From: Tolypothrix carrinoi HA7290-LM1 | Lineage (GTDB): Bacteria; Cyanobacteriota; Cyanobacteriia; Cyanobacteriales; Nostocaceae | Length of the DNA stretch: 64,000 nucleotides | Assembly: GCA_019358935.1 (NCBI GenBank) | Contig: JAHHIK010000024.1 | Coordinates: forward strand, 1 to 64,000 | Reading direction: 5' to 3' | The notes under the pieces: generated by a model | What the model saw: only the letters and a program-made list of their open reading frames with translations | Databases searched by the model: none | What the model was told of the DNA's origin: nothing | Made by a program: the position numbers and the translations under genes | Part shown: in pieces, positions 21,201-32,104 of the stretch | How positions within the stretch are numbered: the stretch's first letter is position 1 | How the letters are laid out: each line of letters starts with the position of its first letter

Positions 21201-23012
21201 CTATCGACGCACACGTACAAAGCTGTTGACAAAAATAGAAACCTTAGTTCCTTCTGGCACAACTGTTACATTCGGTTTTTTAAGCATTTCCTGTACTGCT
21301 TGATCTGAGCGTTTTGCTAGGCGATCGCCTGTCACTTTAAAGAACCCTTCCAAAGCTGCTGCTAGGACGTTTGGATTACTTGTACTAGTGACTGTGGATT
21401 GGCTAAAGCCAAAAGAGGATGACGAACTCGATGATTGAGTACGAGGTTGATTGATGATTTCTCCAACTCTTCCCAAACTACTGATAACTCCGATTAACAA
21501 ATCTTGTTTGGCGATTTCAGAACCTTTATCAAAGAGTCCCTGAGCAATTAACGGCTGATTATTTTTGCCGCGAATTAGCAATTTGCCGGCTGGTATTTCT
21601 TCTTGCCGCATATGCCCTTGTAAATCGGGGTAAACCAGTGCCACAACACTCATATTCACCAATCTATTACTTCGGTTTACAGACTCTACCTGAGTAACTA
21701 AAATAGTGCCAGTTGGTAAAGCTACACTGCCATCAGTTGCCTGCATATCTTCTGTTAACTGAATAGCAAACCTACCATTTGTAGGGCTTTCACCGCTTTC
21801 ATCCCAGAGCATCGGTACAACGACTTGTGCGTTAACAGAAGTTCCAATTGCCACTTCTAAGGCAGAGTCAGATGTTTCAGCACTATTACTGTCTTGATTA
21901 ACCGGGGAGCGGTTGAGAATTCCCATTTCTCCATCAGTCATTCCAGTAGCATTAGTTACTACTGAATTATTATTAGCTCCGGTGTAACCAATGGAAACAG
22001 TTGAAATGCCTTGCTGTATACTTTGTTGTTGTTTTATTGTAGGGACAGGGCTTGCATTGTTTTGAGTAGAAAGTGCTGTTGGCGAAGCCCGAAAAGCTGC
22101 TATGGTTGGCGCAGGGGTCGAAGATGTAGCAAAAGAATCAGATCCAGACTGTGTAGTTGGTTGTCCTTCGCTATTCGATGCCATTTCTGGCGTGGTTAAC
22201 TCGCGAGTTTGCCCCAAGGAAGCCAATTGGCTCCACCGTTCAAAGGGGTCTACAGCCTTTACTGGCTCTGCGGGTGGTACAGCCTGTATAGCGCGTATAG
22301 GCTGCTGTATGGGTTGTGTACGCTGTATAGGCTGTGTAGGTCGTGCAGTGAAGAGTGCTGATTGCGGTGGTGGAGGGGATGGTTGACGAACAAAAACTGT
22401 TCTAGGTGGAGGTGGAACAGTAGGAGTTTGACGGACTGGGGGTGGAGAGGGAGGAGTTTTAGCGACCACTGGTGATGGGGAGGTTTGGGGCTTGGTAGAG
22501 GTAGAACGTTGTTTCTGTATGTCTGGTTTAGTTTCCAATTGTCGTCGTTGGTCTTGAAAAGCTAATTTGCCTTTGAGTTCGGCAGATTCGTCTTCTAATT
22601 GTTTGGGGGTCGTTGAAGGAGAAGGGTTAGATGCTTTTTGACGCGCAGGCTTAGGAGCAAGAAATCCAAACCAAACGAATCCTACTGCTCCTATGATGGC
22701 TGCTGTTGCAGTTAGAACTAATCCCATACGAATACTTGGTTTTTCTGAAGTTGAACGCCCTTCTGGTTCTTCTTCGTCTTGTTTAATGCGATATTCCTTT
22801 GTGAGTAATTCAGGAAGATCATCATTATATCCAGCCAGTTCTTTCTCGTCTTCCAAGGTGATTTCGTCTTTATTAATACCCAAACTGCCTGTTTCTTCCA
22901 ACATTTTTCCAGAGTTATTAGCGGAGCCATTAAGACCGTTGGACAAACTTAGTGGACTGCTAATTTCATCGGATTCGTTGTCTAATTCTTCTAGTGATGC
23001 TTTATTGTTCAT
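21201..23012 (-). CDS. TrbI/VirB10-like T4SS core protein
   Basis: Acidic N-terminus, single TM, Pro-rich linker, C-terminal beta domain (ALPTGTIL...PNVTVVPEGTKVSIFVN). Confidence 0.8.
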   Translation of the reverse strand: MNNKASLEELDNESDEISSPLSLSNGLNGSANNSGKMLEETGSLGINKDEITLEDEKELAGYNDDLPELLTKEYRIKQDEEEPEGRSTSEKPSIRMGLVLTATAAIIGAVGFVWFGFLAPKPARQKASNPSPSTTPKQLEDESAELKGKLAFQDQRRQLETKPDIQKQRSTSTKPQTSPSPVVAKTPPSPPPVRQTPTVPPPPRTVFVRQPSPPPPQSALFTARPTQPIQRTQPIQQPIRAIQAVPPAEPVKAVDPFERWSQLASLGQTRELTTPEMASNSEGQPTTQSGSDSFATSSTPAPTIAAFRASPTALSTQNNASPVPTIKQQQSIQQGISTVSIGYTGANNNSVVTNATGMTDGEMGILNRSPVNQDSNSAETSDSALEVAIGTSVNAQVVVPMLWDESGESPTNGRFAIQLTEDMQATDGSVALPTGTILVTQVESVNRSNRLVNMSVVALVYPDLQGHMRQEEIPAGKLLIRGKNNQPLIAQGLFDKGSEIAKQDLLIGVISSLGRVGEIINQPRTQSSSSSSSFGFSQSTVTSTSNPNVLAAALEGFFKVTGDRLAKRSDQAVQEMLKKPNVTVVPEGTKVSIFVNSFVRVRR

Positions 23013-23026
23013 ATTATTGAAAGTAT

Positions 23027-23746
23027 TTATTTGGGAATGAACTCAGTTATTCTGGTGATTTCTAGCCCTGCGGAGCGAATTTCATAAACTTTTTGCTCAA
23101 AAGCTGAAGCATTCTGTCCTAAAGGAGGTTTTTGAATTTCAACAGCTTTTAGTCGTAGCGTTCGGTTAAAGGGAATTCTTTCGTCAGTTCCTGAAGTGCG
23201 GTCAACCAGAAGTCGTGTTGCTATCATGTCAACTTCCCATTCTCCTTGCCGAATTTCTCGCGGTTCTGAGAGGTAAGAAATGATTACTGTGGAGCGCAGT
23301 TTACCGGAGAAAACACTAGAAGGGACTAATTCAGCAATTTCTGAAAGTGCTGCTTTGGCAAACTCTGGTTCAAGTAGTAAGGAGGCAAAATAAGTACTGG
23401 TAGGTATTCTTTTTCCACCTTTTCCTACACGCACACCAGTATCAGTCTCGTTAGTACCAGGAATTTTGTTATCCCAGTTAAATGTTAGTTCAGTCCAGGT
23501 TCTAACTGTATTTTGGATAACAGATGGATAACGCCAGTAGCGGTCTCTCTCAGAAACGACTAAGGTTTCACCATTTACTAGCTGCACGAAGGTTGTTTTC
23601 CTCGCAGCGAGAATGTTAATTCGGAAATAAACAAACAAAATAAAGATGAAAATTAGGGCATTAAATCCTGTCAATGCTACAAAACATAATGCCAGCAAAT
23701 TTTTTGAAGCAGGTAGAAGTGGAGTCTGAAATCGTTTAATTTTCAT
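23027..23746 (-). CDS. Bitopic T4SS inner-membrane protein (VirB8-like)
   Basis: One N-terminal TM plus soluble domain ending GLEITRITE; operon position. Confidence 0.6.
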   Translation of the reverse strand: MKIKRFQTPLLPASKNLLALCFVALTGFNALIFIFILFVYFRINILAARKTTFVQLVNGETLVVSERDRYWRYPSVIQNTVRTWTELTFNWDNKIPGTNETDTGVRVGKGGKRIPTSTYFASLLLEPEFAKAALSEIAELVPSSVFSGKLRSTVIISYLSEPREIRQGEWEVDMIATRLLVDRTSGTDERIPFNRTLRLKAVEIQKPPLGQNASAFEQKVYEIRSAGLEITRITEFIPK

Positions 23747-23754
23747 GGCATTAA

Positions 23755-24879
23755 CTATTGTCCACTCTTAACAACTAGAGTTGTAAATGAGCCGATGGCG
23801 TTGCTAAAAACATCAATTACTTGCTTAACATTTGACGAGATTCCGTTGTAGAGAGCAATCCCACCACCACCAGCAATTAAAACAGCCAGAATGGGTGCGA
23901 AAATGCTGAGGAAGAATAAAAAGGCTACATCAGAAGCAAGTTCTGCACCAGAATTAACAAGGACAACAGCGGCTAAACCAACGATAATGTTGTAGCCTAA
24001 CTGAATACCAAATAAGCTTAAAAAGCCAGTTGTCCAAGCCCAGATTGGACGACCTTGGAGGGGAAGTAGTGACATGCCCATTGCTATCGGGGAAAATAAT
24101 GCTGTTAGCAGTAATGCCGCTTCGAGAATGTTGACAAAAGCCCACTGCAAACTGTAAAGAATAAAGCGGATGATTGGTATAGCTGTTTCTCTAAAAACTC
24201 CTCCGGGGTCTGTTGTTAGTCTCACTGCATCTCTAGCAGTACCTATTACTGACCGATCTACTAAAAAATCTGCAAACTGTCGTAGAGGTTCGAGTGGTCT
24301 TTTGCTTTGTTCTTCAGCCCGTTTAACAATCTGTTGAACTTGTGCCTGTTTGGACTCCCAGCATTCAATTAATTCTTGTCCAACTTTTCCTCTACATTCG
24401 CTGTAAACATTTTCTATTTGTTGTTTGGCGATGTTGCTAATTGTGACCTTGGCGATCGCGTTTTTAAACGTGAGTTCTCCTAATTGTGCTTGAAGAACTT
24501 TCTGTACTTGCTGGTATCCAAAGTTTCTGGCAAAGGTAACAGTTTGTGATAATAAATTCCCGTTACCACCCAGAAATAAAGTAATCACAATTGGCCAAAT
24601 AAACATTGCCATTAACTCTGACCATGATTGCTTTTCGACGATTTCCCGACCCGAAGTTAAAGTCAAGAAGACAATGCTGCCCGCTGCTAAAGTTAGACCA
24701 AGCCGGACTAAACCAATCCACAAGCCAGAGTCCAACGGTTGAAGTATATTTATCCAAAGACCATTCCAGGCTTCGGAAGTACTCCGAGCTAAGTCAATTG
24801 AGCTAGAAACTATCTCAAATGCATCCGCTTCTCCACCCGTTTGAGGATAGGTAAATGTTTGTGCTAAGAAGTGCAACAT
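23755..24879 (-). CDS. Polytopic T4SS protein (VirB6/TrbL-like)
   Basis: About six TM segments around a central soluble loop; operon position. Confidence 0.7.
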   Translation of the reverse strand: MLHFLAQTFTYPQTGGEADAFEIVSSSIDLARSTSEAWNGLWINILQPLDSGLWIGLVRLGLTLAAGSIVFLTLTSGREIVEKQSWSELMAMFIWPIVITLFLGGNGNLLSQTVTFARNFGYQQVQKVLQAQLGELTFKNAIAKVTISNIAKQQIENVYSECRGKVGQELIECWESKQAQVQQIVKRAEEQSKRPLEPLRQFADFLVDRSVIGTARDAVRLTTDPGGVFRETAIPIIRFILYSLQWAFVNILEAALLLTALFSPIAMGMSLLPLQGRPIWAWTTGFLSLFGIQLGYNIIVGLAAVVLVNSGAELASDVAFLFFLSIFAPILAVLIAGGGGIALYNGISSNVKQVIDVFSNAIGSFTTLVVKSGQ

Positions 24880-24975
24880 TGCTTTAAAACTTGCGTTCGG
24901 GATTTCAAGAATAGGGGAAGGAATGGACTTCCCCTAGATTTTTTAATAAACAGAGAAAAACCCAATATTGGATTA

Positions 24976-25863
24976 TTATTGGTCTACATCGTCAGCACCA
25001 ATCGTGCCACCGCCTGGAAGCATTAACATTCCCGCCTGTTGACTTGCAGCATTACCAGAGGCTGCATCGGCTCGTCTAGAGCTAGTATTAATTGCCGCAA
25101 TTTCCTTAGCAGCTTGTGCAGTTAATACGTTATTGACTGCTCGGTCAGTCCGGGCTTGTTGAGCTTCCTGGATCAGCATTTCGTTAGTTTGAGTGTTGAG
25201 GGCGGTTTGCTGGCTGATATTCTGCATGATCCGTTGAGTAACGTCTTGATTTTTCGAGTCCTGACTTAGCTGGTTGCTATTATGAGTTGCGGTTTGCGCT
25301 GCTAATAGTTGTTCGGCGCTTCGTTGTTGGGCTTGGGTGCTAAGAGTTGCACCATTGGCAACACCAATAGCAGCTGCTCGTTCAGCTTGCTTGTTGAAGT
25401 CATCCTTAATGGCATATGAACCTTCGCCACCAATTTTGTTTTCTAGTGTTTCTGAAAGTTTTGTGCCTTCGTTGTTAGCAGTTGAGGATTTCATAATGTT
25501 ATCGCTCACCTGATTTAAAACTGGCACTTTAACAGCACCCAGAGTTGAAGAAAGGAGGTTGTTGAGAGAACCAAACACATCATTATGAACAAATCCAGTT
25601 ACATCGTCAATGAAATTATTGACTGACTGCACAACATTTTCAATCGGGGCAAAGAAACTACTTCCTGTTGTTTGGTTAGCAGCTTTTGTTCTTATTTGTG
25701 TTATTTCTGTACTCGTTGGTGTGTTTGTTGATTGTCCAGCTTGGGTAGTTGCATTCGCAGGGTCTTGGGTCAAAGCAGCAGCACGAGTGGTATTTATTAT
25801 TGCACTGCTCAGTGCAATTACAAGAGCTAACAAAAGCACTTTTGAGGATTTGATAAATTTCAT
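24976..25863 (-). CDS. Exported helical T4SS protein (VirB5/TrbJ-like)
   Basis: Signal peptide, Gln/Ala-rich helices, QDVTQRIMQN. Lies between VirB4-like and VirB6-like genes. Confidence 0.55.
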   Translation of the reverse strand: MKFIKSSKVLLLALVIALSSAIINTTRAAALTQDPANATTQAGQSTNTPTSTEITQIRTKAANQTTGSSFFAPIENVVQSVNNFIDDVTGFVHNDVFGSLNNLLSSTLGAVKVPVLNQVSDNIMKSSTANNEGTKLSETLENKIGGEGSYAIKDDFNKQAERAAAIGVANGATLSTQAQQRSAEQLLAAQTATHNSNQLSQDSKNQDVTQRIMQNISQQTALNTQTNEMLIQEAQQARTDRAVNNVLTAQAAKEIAAINTSSRRADAASGNAASQQAGMLMLPGGGTIGADDVDQ

Positions 25864-25875
25864 GGTTGTAATTTT

Positions 25876-28800
25876 TTAACGTGCAACAAGTGGGTTGTTT
25901 GTTTGCGTTTTTAAAGGTTTGGGTTCATTTGAATTTGACTCTCGACCAATATGTGAGAACCCTTTGCCCTCCTTCACTGCCAGGATGTATTCTTGGGTGA
26001 AATGTTTTAATCCTTGAAGTTGACCCTTGAGAGTAGGCGGATATTTTGCCATAATGCGATCGCGTGCTTCGCGTTCGTTTTGGTTGTTGGCAATCGAAGC
26101 CAACATCATCTCGCCAGGGTAAAATCTGGTTCGCCAGAAGCGTCCACCTCTTTCAATCAGCCAGCAGGAGTAGAGGTCAGCAGCTCTGGGCAGAAAGGCT
26201 TCAGTGGCATTTCGACTAATAATGTTGGGGTCGTAACCCAAGTGACGTTGGAAAGATGCTACGCCGTTAGCAGTGATGCGCCCAGTAATTCTGTAAACCA
26301 TGTTTTGCATAATTTGAGAACCCGTAGCACACTGGCAGATAGTGTCGGGGTCTTGACTTAGCAACAAGACAGAAATTCCATCTTTTCTTCCAGTTGCACA
26401 GAGTTCTCCCACGATTTGGGCGAAACCGTCACGACGCAGCAAAACTGAAAGTTCATCCCCAATAAACAAACTTCTCGGATGTGAAAGTGCATTTCGGATG
26501 CAAGCAGTGTGAGCGTTAATTGCCATCAAGTAAGCATCTTGTTCATTTGACAGTCCACTGAGGGCAAAAAATTTAACTGCTGGCTCAGGTGAAAAGGTGC
26601 TTGGTCTGCCGATCGCTTTCCCCAAACGCGATGCTAATAAAGCATTTCCTTGGCTGAGAATTTGGTTGATGGCTTGTTTGTCCAATTCTTCAAAGGACTT
26701 GAGGTTGAGCCTTTCTTTACTGCAAAAACGTAGTAAATCTTTAAGTGTGGGGATTTGCTGCCATTCAGGAGATTGCCAACCTTTCTCGAATGCTTGATTA
26801 TAGCGGGCAATAATCTCTGGATCTCTAAGAAACATATCCAGCATTTGGAGTACGATCGCATCAACTCGTTGAGCTAAGTGCGGGTTATGGACTTTCCCAA
26901 GTGCGATCGCCACCATTGCTTTGCGAATAAACTCTTTCCAAGATTCCATTCTTCGTTCTCTTTCTGGCTTATCAAACTTCCGCAAATCGGGTGGTTCTAC
27001 CAGATTGCTTGAACCTGCCGAAATGTCATAGTACGCGCCTTGCTCACCCAAAAGTTCAATAGCTGTTTTGAACGTACTATTCCCACCGCTGCTAATATCC
27101 ATCCCCACAACCGGGATATTGTTGGCGAGTGCTTCTACTGCGAAACGCCATCCCAAAACACTCTTACCCGAACCGGATTCTCCAGTAATCAAAGCGCGAC
27201 TGATTTGGTCGTGGAATAAGTCAATAAAAATCGGTTTATTTCCCCGGTCTGTGACAAATTCAACTCCTCTTTTATCTATGTCCCTAGGAATTGTTAAAGG
27301 CAAAATTCCCGCAACAGTTTCTGTGTCTAAGGTGAGTCGTCGTTCGCTAAAAAGTGAACCACTATGTAGCAGCCAATTCCAAGTTATCGGCAAACACTGC
27401 AACCAAATATCCCAAGCAATATTTCGCTCTCGAATAACTTTAGCTGTTCCAAAGCTATTACTAAAAACATTACAGGCATTGTTTAATTCCAAAGAGTCAT
27501 TGCGGTAGACCAGAAAAGCCACAGCGCAATGAAGTGCTTTTGCACCTTTGTAAAGTCTGCGTTGTGCATCAAATGATTCTTCTTGTTTGATTTCTGCTCC
27601 GATGTCACGCCCTTGTCCCTTTGTTATTGCCCTGGTACTTGCCGCTTTAGATTGTTTGGCTTGACGAGCCAGATTGTCATTGATGATAAAATTGTTTCCG
27701 GCGCTAATTTCAATCCATGCTTCAGTGTCATGAACGTAGCTAGAACTCATTACTTCCCAAATCCACTTTAGTTGCTGTCTCGTATTGATCCAACCTGTTG
27801 GTGGCTCATACATAGTCAACACACCACATTCTTTGCCTTTGCCATTGAGATAAACACGGTTGTGACTTAAGCGATGCTCTGGACAAGACGATCTACCTTC
27901 TTCTCCCTCAATCAAGACAGTACAAATATGCTTTGGGGTAGTCTTGGTTTCTGTTAGCTTGAAGCCCGATGGTGTTTCTTCTAATGTTAGTATTTGTGGA
28001 ATTGGTGGAGCTTCACCGCTATTAAACCGTTTCCAAAGCCATTGCCAAAGGTCTGTTGCATTGCAAGGAGTAATTTCCAGCCCCATTTTGGTATTTAGTA
28101 GTAATTCCCAGCGGATGAAACCTTCATCAAATCCTTTGAGGAACAGCTTTGTATAAAACTGTTCTTTGTAAAGCCGCGTGTTACCAGTAATGGAGCCAAG
28201 TAACGAGTCCGCAAGATTTTTTACACCGTCAATTACTTTACCGAGAAAGTCTCTAGATTGTTGTTCTGCTTGAGCATCCGCTGTCCAACTACAGAAAGCA
28301 ATTTGTTCCCAGACTTGCCGTGTCCCGTTTTGGGTCATTTGTTGAAGTCGGCGCTGCTCATTCCGAACTAAGATAGAAATCGGCTTCAGATGGGTATTAT
28401 CAGCTAGTTGAGTGAGTTCCTTTTGGCGATCGCTGTCGTCGCTGTAGCAACCTGCACAAAAAGTAATCTTTTCGCCGTTTGGGATATCTTTCATCGCTTC
28501 TTCAATGGAGTCAGCAAATCCCGAAACCTCACTTTGAAAAAGTAAATTGTGAAGTCCTTTGGTGTTAAAACCAAATATCAATTGGTATTGTGAACCATTA
28601 TTAAGAAGAATTCCGGCAGCTTCTCGACCTTCTTTTTTGATTTCAACTAGGCAACAGATATGTGTTTCATTTTGAAATGGCATAAACTTGCTCTTGCCTC
28701 CTTTTTGATTTGGTACAATTTTTGGCTTGAGCTTTACTTGAAAAGGTTGTGAGTTCTTGTGCTGTTTTAGGGTGTGTTGGCGATCGGAGTGTGAAAAGGG

Positions 28801-29094
28801 AGAAATATAGAGAGAGTCGCCGTTACACCATTCATATCCAGGTGGTTTTCGGAATTTATCTGTAAAATGGTGTGGCTGATTGCCAGTTAAAAGCCACCAG
28901 CTGACGATTAGCCAAAACGAAACAGCAAAGAACCACCCCAAACCTAAACTGAAAAGTGCGTTTGTCAAGATATAGGAAACGACGAAAATTGCACACCAAG
29001 GTCCTATTTGGTTGGCAGGAATGGGACCGACACTTGCCTGTTTGCCTAAAATCTTATTAACACGGATAAAGTCTTTTTCTGGATCTCGTGGCAT
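25876..29094 (-). CDS. VirB4-like conjugation ATPase with N-terminal VirB3-like TM segment
   Basis: Walker A ITGESGSGKS, Walker B LFIGDELS, RKDGISVLLLSQ; two TM helices at the N-terminus. Confidence 0.88.
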   Translation of the reverse strand: MPRDPEKDFIRVNKILGKQASVGPIPANQIGPWCAIFVVSYILTNALFSLGLGWFFAVSFWLIVSWWLLTGNQPHHFTDKFRKPPGYEWCNGDSLYISPFSHSDRQHTLKQHKNSQPFQVKLKPKIVPNQKGGKSKFMPFQNETHICCLVEIKKEGREAAGILLNNGSQYQLIFGFNTKGLHNLLFQSEVSGFADSIEEAMKDIPNGEKITFCAGCYSDDSDRQKELTQLADNTHLKPISILVRNEQRRLQQMTQNGTRQVWEQIAFCSWTADAQAEQQSRDFLGKVIDGVKNLADSLLGSITGNTRLYKEQFYTKLFLKGFDEGFIRWELLLNTKMGLEITPCNATDLWQWLWKRFNSGEAPPIPQILTLEETPSGFKLTETKTTPKHICTVLIEGEEGRSSCPEHRLSHNRVYLNGKGKECGVLTMYEPPTGWINTRQQLKWIWEVMSSSYVHDTEAWIEISAGNNFIINDNLARQAKQSKAASTRAITKGQGRDIGAEIKQEESFDAQRRLYKGAKALHCAVAFLVYRNDSLELNNACNVFSNSFGTAKVIRERNIAWDIWLQCLPITWNWLLHSGSLFSERRLTLDTETVAGILPLTIPRDIDKRGVEFVTDRGNKPIFIDLFHDQISRALITGESGSGKSVLGWRFAVEALANNIPVVGMDISSGGNSTFKTAIELLGEQGAYYDISAGSSNLVEPPDLRKFDKPERERRMESWKEFIRKAMVAIALGKVHNPHLAQRVDAIVLQMLDMFLRDPEIIARYNQAFEKGWQSPEWQQIPTLKDLLRFCSKERLNLKSFEELDKQAINQILSQGNALLASRLGKAIGRPSTFSPEPAVKFFALSGLSNEQDAYLMAINAHTACIRNALSHPRSLFIGDELSVLLRRDGFAQIVGELCATGRKDGISVLLLSQDPDTICQCATGSQIMQNMVYRITGRITANGVASFQRHLGYDPNIISRNATEAFLPRAADLYSCWLIERGGRFWRTRFYPGEMMLASIANNQNEREARDRIMAKYPPTLKGQLQGLKHFTQEYILAVKEGKGFSHIGRESNSNEPKPLKTQTNNPLVAR

Positions 29095-29109
29095 GGTGAC
29101 TTTAACTGT

Positions 29110-29769
29110 TTAGTTCAAAAGAATCGTAGCGATGTTACGTATGAAAAAGGTGTTGATTGCTGTTGCAGTACCATTACCAATGAACAAGAACGTAATCACA
29201 TCAATGGCAATGACTATGCCAAAAGCCAAGCCAATTTGAGTGACAATAGGTCGCCAGTCATTACCCTGTTGCGCCTGGTTGTAAGCGAAAAGTGAAGCTG
29301 CTGCAACCAGCAAAAGGAAGACACCGCGAATGACGTTAAATATCAATCCGATAGTGCTTTCGTCAATTGCCGTACCTCCTCCTGCGGTAGAGCTTTGTGT
29401 TGCTATCTGCTTAAAGAAGGCTTCTAACCCGCTGAGGAAGATGGCGTGAGCAGGCATCTCGAAGGTGTTGAGCAATGCTGTGAGGGCGATGATTGCTGCG
29501 ACAACGTGCCAAAACCGAATTTTGGCTCCAATCAGTTTTTCCAGAATGGGTACTGTTCTTGTAATCTGCCAAAACCCAAAAAATACGACGCTGGAACACC
29601 CTAAAACACTCATTAACAGGGGTTCTTTGACGACCATGTACACGCTGACAACAGCACAAAGCGCAATAAAAAGCAAGTCAGTCCGGTTGATTTTAAATTT
29701 TCGTAAAAACTGGCTGACGGAATGGCGATGGTTTTGTCTTGTTGGTTTGATTTGATAATTACTACGCAT
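29110..29769 (-). CDS. Membrane protein, probable pilin (VirB2/TrbC-like)
   Basis: PAHA|IF cleavage-like site followed by two hydrophobic helices. Directly upstream of the VirB4-like gene. Confidence 0.55.
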   Translation of the reverse strand: MRSNYQIKPTRQNHRHSVSQFLRKFKINRTDLLFIALCAVVSVYMVVKEPLLMSVLGCSSVVFFGFWQITRTVPILEKLIGAKIRFWHVVAAIIALTALLNTFEMPAHAIFLSGLEAFFKQIATQSSTAGGGTAIDESTIGLIFNVIRGVFLLLVAAASLFAYNQAQQGNDWRPIVTQIGLAFGIVIAIDVITFLFIGNGTATAINTFFIRNIATILLN

Positions 29770-29788
29770 TTTTACTCCTTAAGAATTG

Positions 29789-32047
29789 TTAAGCTTGCAT
29801 TTGGTCTTTTTTTTGCTGTTCTTGACGTTCTAGCTTCTTGACATCTCTGCTATTCTGGGATGGTTGCGATCTAGCTGCCTCTGCTTCACCGAGCAAATTC
29901 TCCATTTCTTCGATGGGGATACGACACTTTCGGATGTCCGGCGGTTGACCGTCTACTAAAACAGCCTCGAACACTTGTTCATCACCTTTGCGCGGGTCAA
30001 ATCCTTGTAGTACCTTCAATCCCTTTAAAGACAGAATTTCAAATTCATACTTGGGCTGTTTGTTCTCTTTCCAGGTGAAGGTAGGCTCTTTTTCTCCGTT
30101 GAAACGTTTGGGGAAGGTTTCTTCAAACTTTTCGACTAAAGCTTGGGCAGTGGCTTTAATGGCATAGTCTTCTGACGACTGAGGTAGATTGAGTATGTGG
30201 TTTTTTTCATCCGGGTTAAGGTTGTCAGAATGAACAGTCCACTGTTTATCCTTTTTGGTGCCTGCGAATAGTTCTTGCCCGTTATTGCTTTTCAGGGTGA
30301 AAGAAAGTTGATCGTTTTGACCCTCAACAAATAAAGTGCTACCGCCAGTCAGAGGAATCCCCTCTTGAGGAGACTGCTGTGTTATTTGCGCTGTCACCGC
30401 AGCAAAATTCACCAAGGATTCAGCGCAGGCTTCCCGTTGCTGTTGGACTTTGCGTTGCACCACAATTTGTTCGAGAATGTCTTCTGGCTCGTCGGTTTCC
30501 AGACTTCCATTAGAGCTAAATTTCTCCTGTGTCGTGTGCAATTCTTCTTCATCGTCAGTTTCCAAAGCATCGGTGCTTTTATTTACAACAGTTGACTTTT
30601 GTTTTAACACTTTAAGTTCTGTAGGTGGCGATGATGCTCGCTCAACTTCCAATTTAGTAGTAGGTACTACGGCATTTTCATCAACAACTTCTTCTGGGCG
30701 AGATTGTGTTTGGGCTTTTGAAACGAGCTTTTCTTCAAGGTCATTAACGATCGCTTCCAGTCGATCGAGTCTCTGCGAAAGTTTGTTTAGGTATTTTTCA
30801 ATCTGATCGAGTTGTTCACTAATTGGCGCGTTTTTATCCAGTTGCAGAGGTTGAGACTTGTATTCTGGGTCAAGTTGGCTCCCTAACTTGTCAATTTTCT
30901 CTCCTACTTGAGCAGCAGCGCTGGCGATCGGATTGTCTGTTAAGGTTTCTGACTGGCGGTTTTCTGACTTAAATATTTCAGCAAAGGGAGCCAATTCTTC
31001 TGGCAGTTCCGACTCTGGCGTACTTTCCACAACTTTAGCAATCCGTTTGAAAAGTTTGCCAATACGGGCATCCTTTTCTTCTAGGTTTTTAAGGATGTCC
31101 TCCAGCCGTTTCTCTTCCCCTTGTTGCTTAATCTGCTCTAAAAGCTCATCAACCCAGGCAATGCTTTTTGTTCCTAGCACAATCCCCAAGCTTGTCAGCT
31201 GACCAGCTAACCCGACTTCATTGATACCGTTGAGTTCACCACCTTTGGTAGCAGCGTTAGCGCTAAAGCGGGAAGCTTCTTCAGCCAAGTTGTCTGCTAA
31301 ATCTTTTGCAAATTTAGACTTTTGGTCGTTTGAGTCTGGTTCAGTTTCCCGGTTTTTACGTTGGGGTTTAGTTACGGTGCGTGCTGCTGCTTTGTTCTGG
31401 TTTTTTGGTTTTGCAGAATGCACCTCGTCATCTTCAAGCAATACAAGAGGGTCTACATCGTCCTCCTCTGCTTCAGCCACTTGAGGTTTCCCAGTGCGCT
31501 TTGCTCCTTTTGAAGCAGGTTTTGGCTGCGAGCGGTTGTTGGATTGTTTATTGATTGACCGACGGGGAGTCGTTTCTTCTTCGTCATGTAATAAATCTTC
31601 TTCTAAGTCGTCTAGATCATTATTTAGGTCGAGGTCTTCATTTTCTTCGTCCAAGTCAAGGTTATCTGAATATAAAGCTTCTATCCCCAACATTTCCATC
31701 ACATTGGATGGAGTAAAGTAGTCTTCATCCTTACTGGTGGCATTTCCCAGGTTTTTAATTAGGTACTTACCGCTGGTTCTTTGGCTTGGATCTTTGGTGA
31801 GGTAGAAGCGAAATCCTTTGATTTCGTCGCTACCTGGTTCTGTGCATAGTTCTACAGCGATCGCAGCTTTTCCCGACTGTTCGCTATACTCCTCCACAAA
31901 ATCTTTGAAGTCTTCTAGAGACTCAATGTCTCCTTCTTCTTGCATCGCTGCAATTGCTTTGTCAAGGGTGTTTTCGATGTGGCGCAGCTTCCTGGTATCA
32001 GTCAGGTTTTGCCATTGTCTTTTCTTAGAAGTAGCTGTATAAGCCAT
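29789..32047 (-). CDS. Large acidic coiled-coil protein of the transfer region
   Basis: 752 aa, directly downstream of the MobC-like gene. No HUH motif seen. Ends in a QEQQKKDQMQA-type tail. Confidence 0.6.
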   Translation of the reverse strand: MAYTATSKKRQWQNLTDTRKLRHIENTLDKAIAAMQEEGDIESLEDFKDFVEEYSEQSGKAAIAVELCTEPGSDEIKGFRFYLTKDPSQRTSGKYLIKNLGNATSKDEDYFTPSNVMEMLGIEALYSDNLDLDEENEDLDLNNDLDDLEEDLLHDEEETTPRRSINKQSNNRSQPKPASKGAKRTGKPQVAEAEEDDVDPLVLLEDDEVHSAKPKNQNKAAARTVTKPQRKNRETEPDSNDQKSKFAKDLADNLAEEASRFSANAATKGGELNGINEVGLAGQLTSLGIVLGTKSIAWVDELLEQIKQQGEEKRLEDILKNLEEKDARIGKLFKRIAKVVESTPESELPEELAPFAEIFKSENRQSETLTDNPIASAAAQVGEKIDKLGSQLDPEYKSQPLQLDKNAPISEQLDQIEKYLNKLSQRLDRLEAIVNDLEEKLVSKAQTQSRPEEVVDENAVVPTTKLEVERASSPPTELKVLKQKSTVVNKSTDALETDDEEELHTTQEKFSSNGSLETDEPEDILEQIVVQRKVQQQREACAESLVNFAAVTAQITQQSPQEGIPLTGGSTLFVEGQNDQLSFTLKSNNGQELFAGTKKDKQWTVHSDNLNPDEKNHILNLPQSSEDYAIKATAQALVEKFEETFPKRFNGEKEPTFTWKENKQPKYEFEILSLKGLKVLQGFDPRKGDEQVFEAVLVDGQPPDIRKCRIPIEEMENLLGEAEAARSQPSQNSRDVKKLERQEQQKKDQMQA

Positions 32048-32104
32048 TTTTTCAATTCCCTTTTCCTTTTGAGACTGTTTAATGCACGGGAGGGCATTTC
32101 AGGT

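Noticed and set aside
22270..22480. Short tandem repeats in the VirB10-like gene
   Set aside because: They encode the Pro/Gln-rich linker typical of VirB10 proteins.
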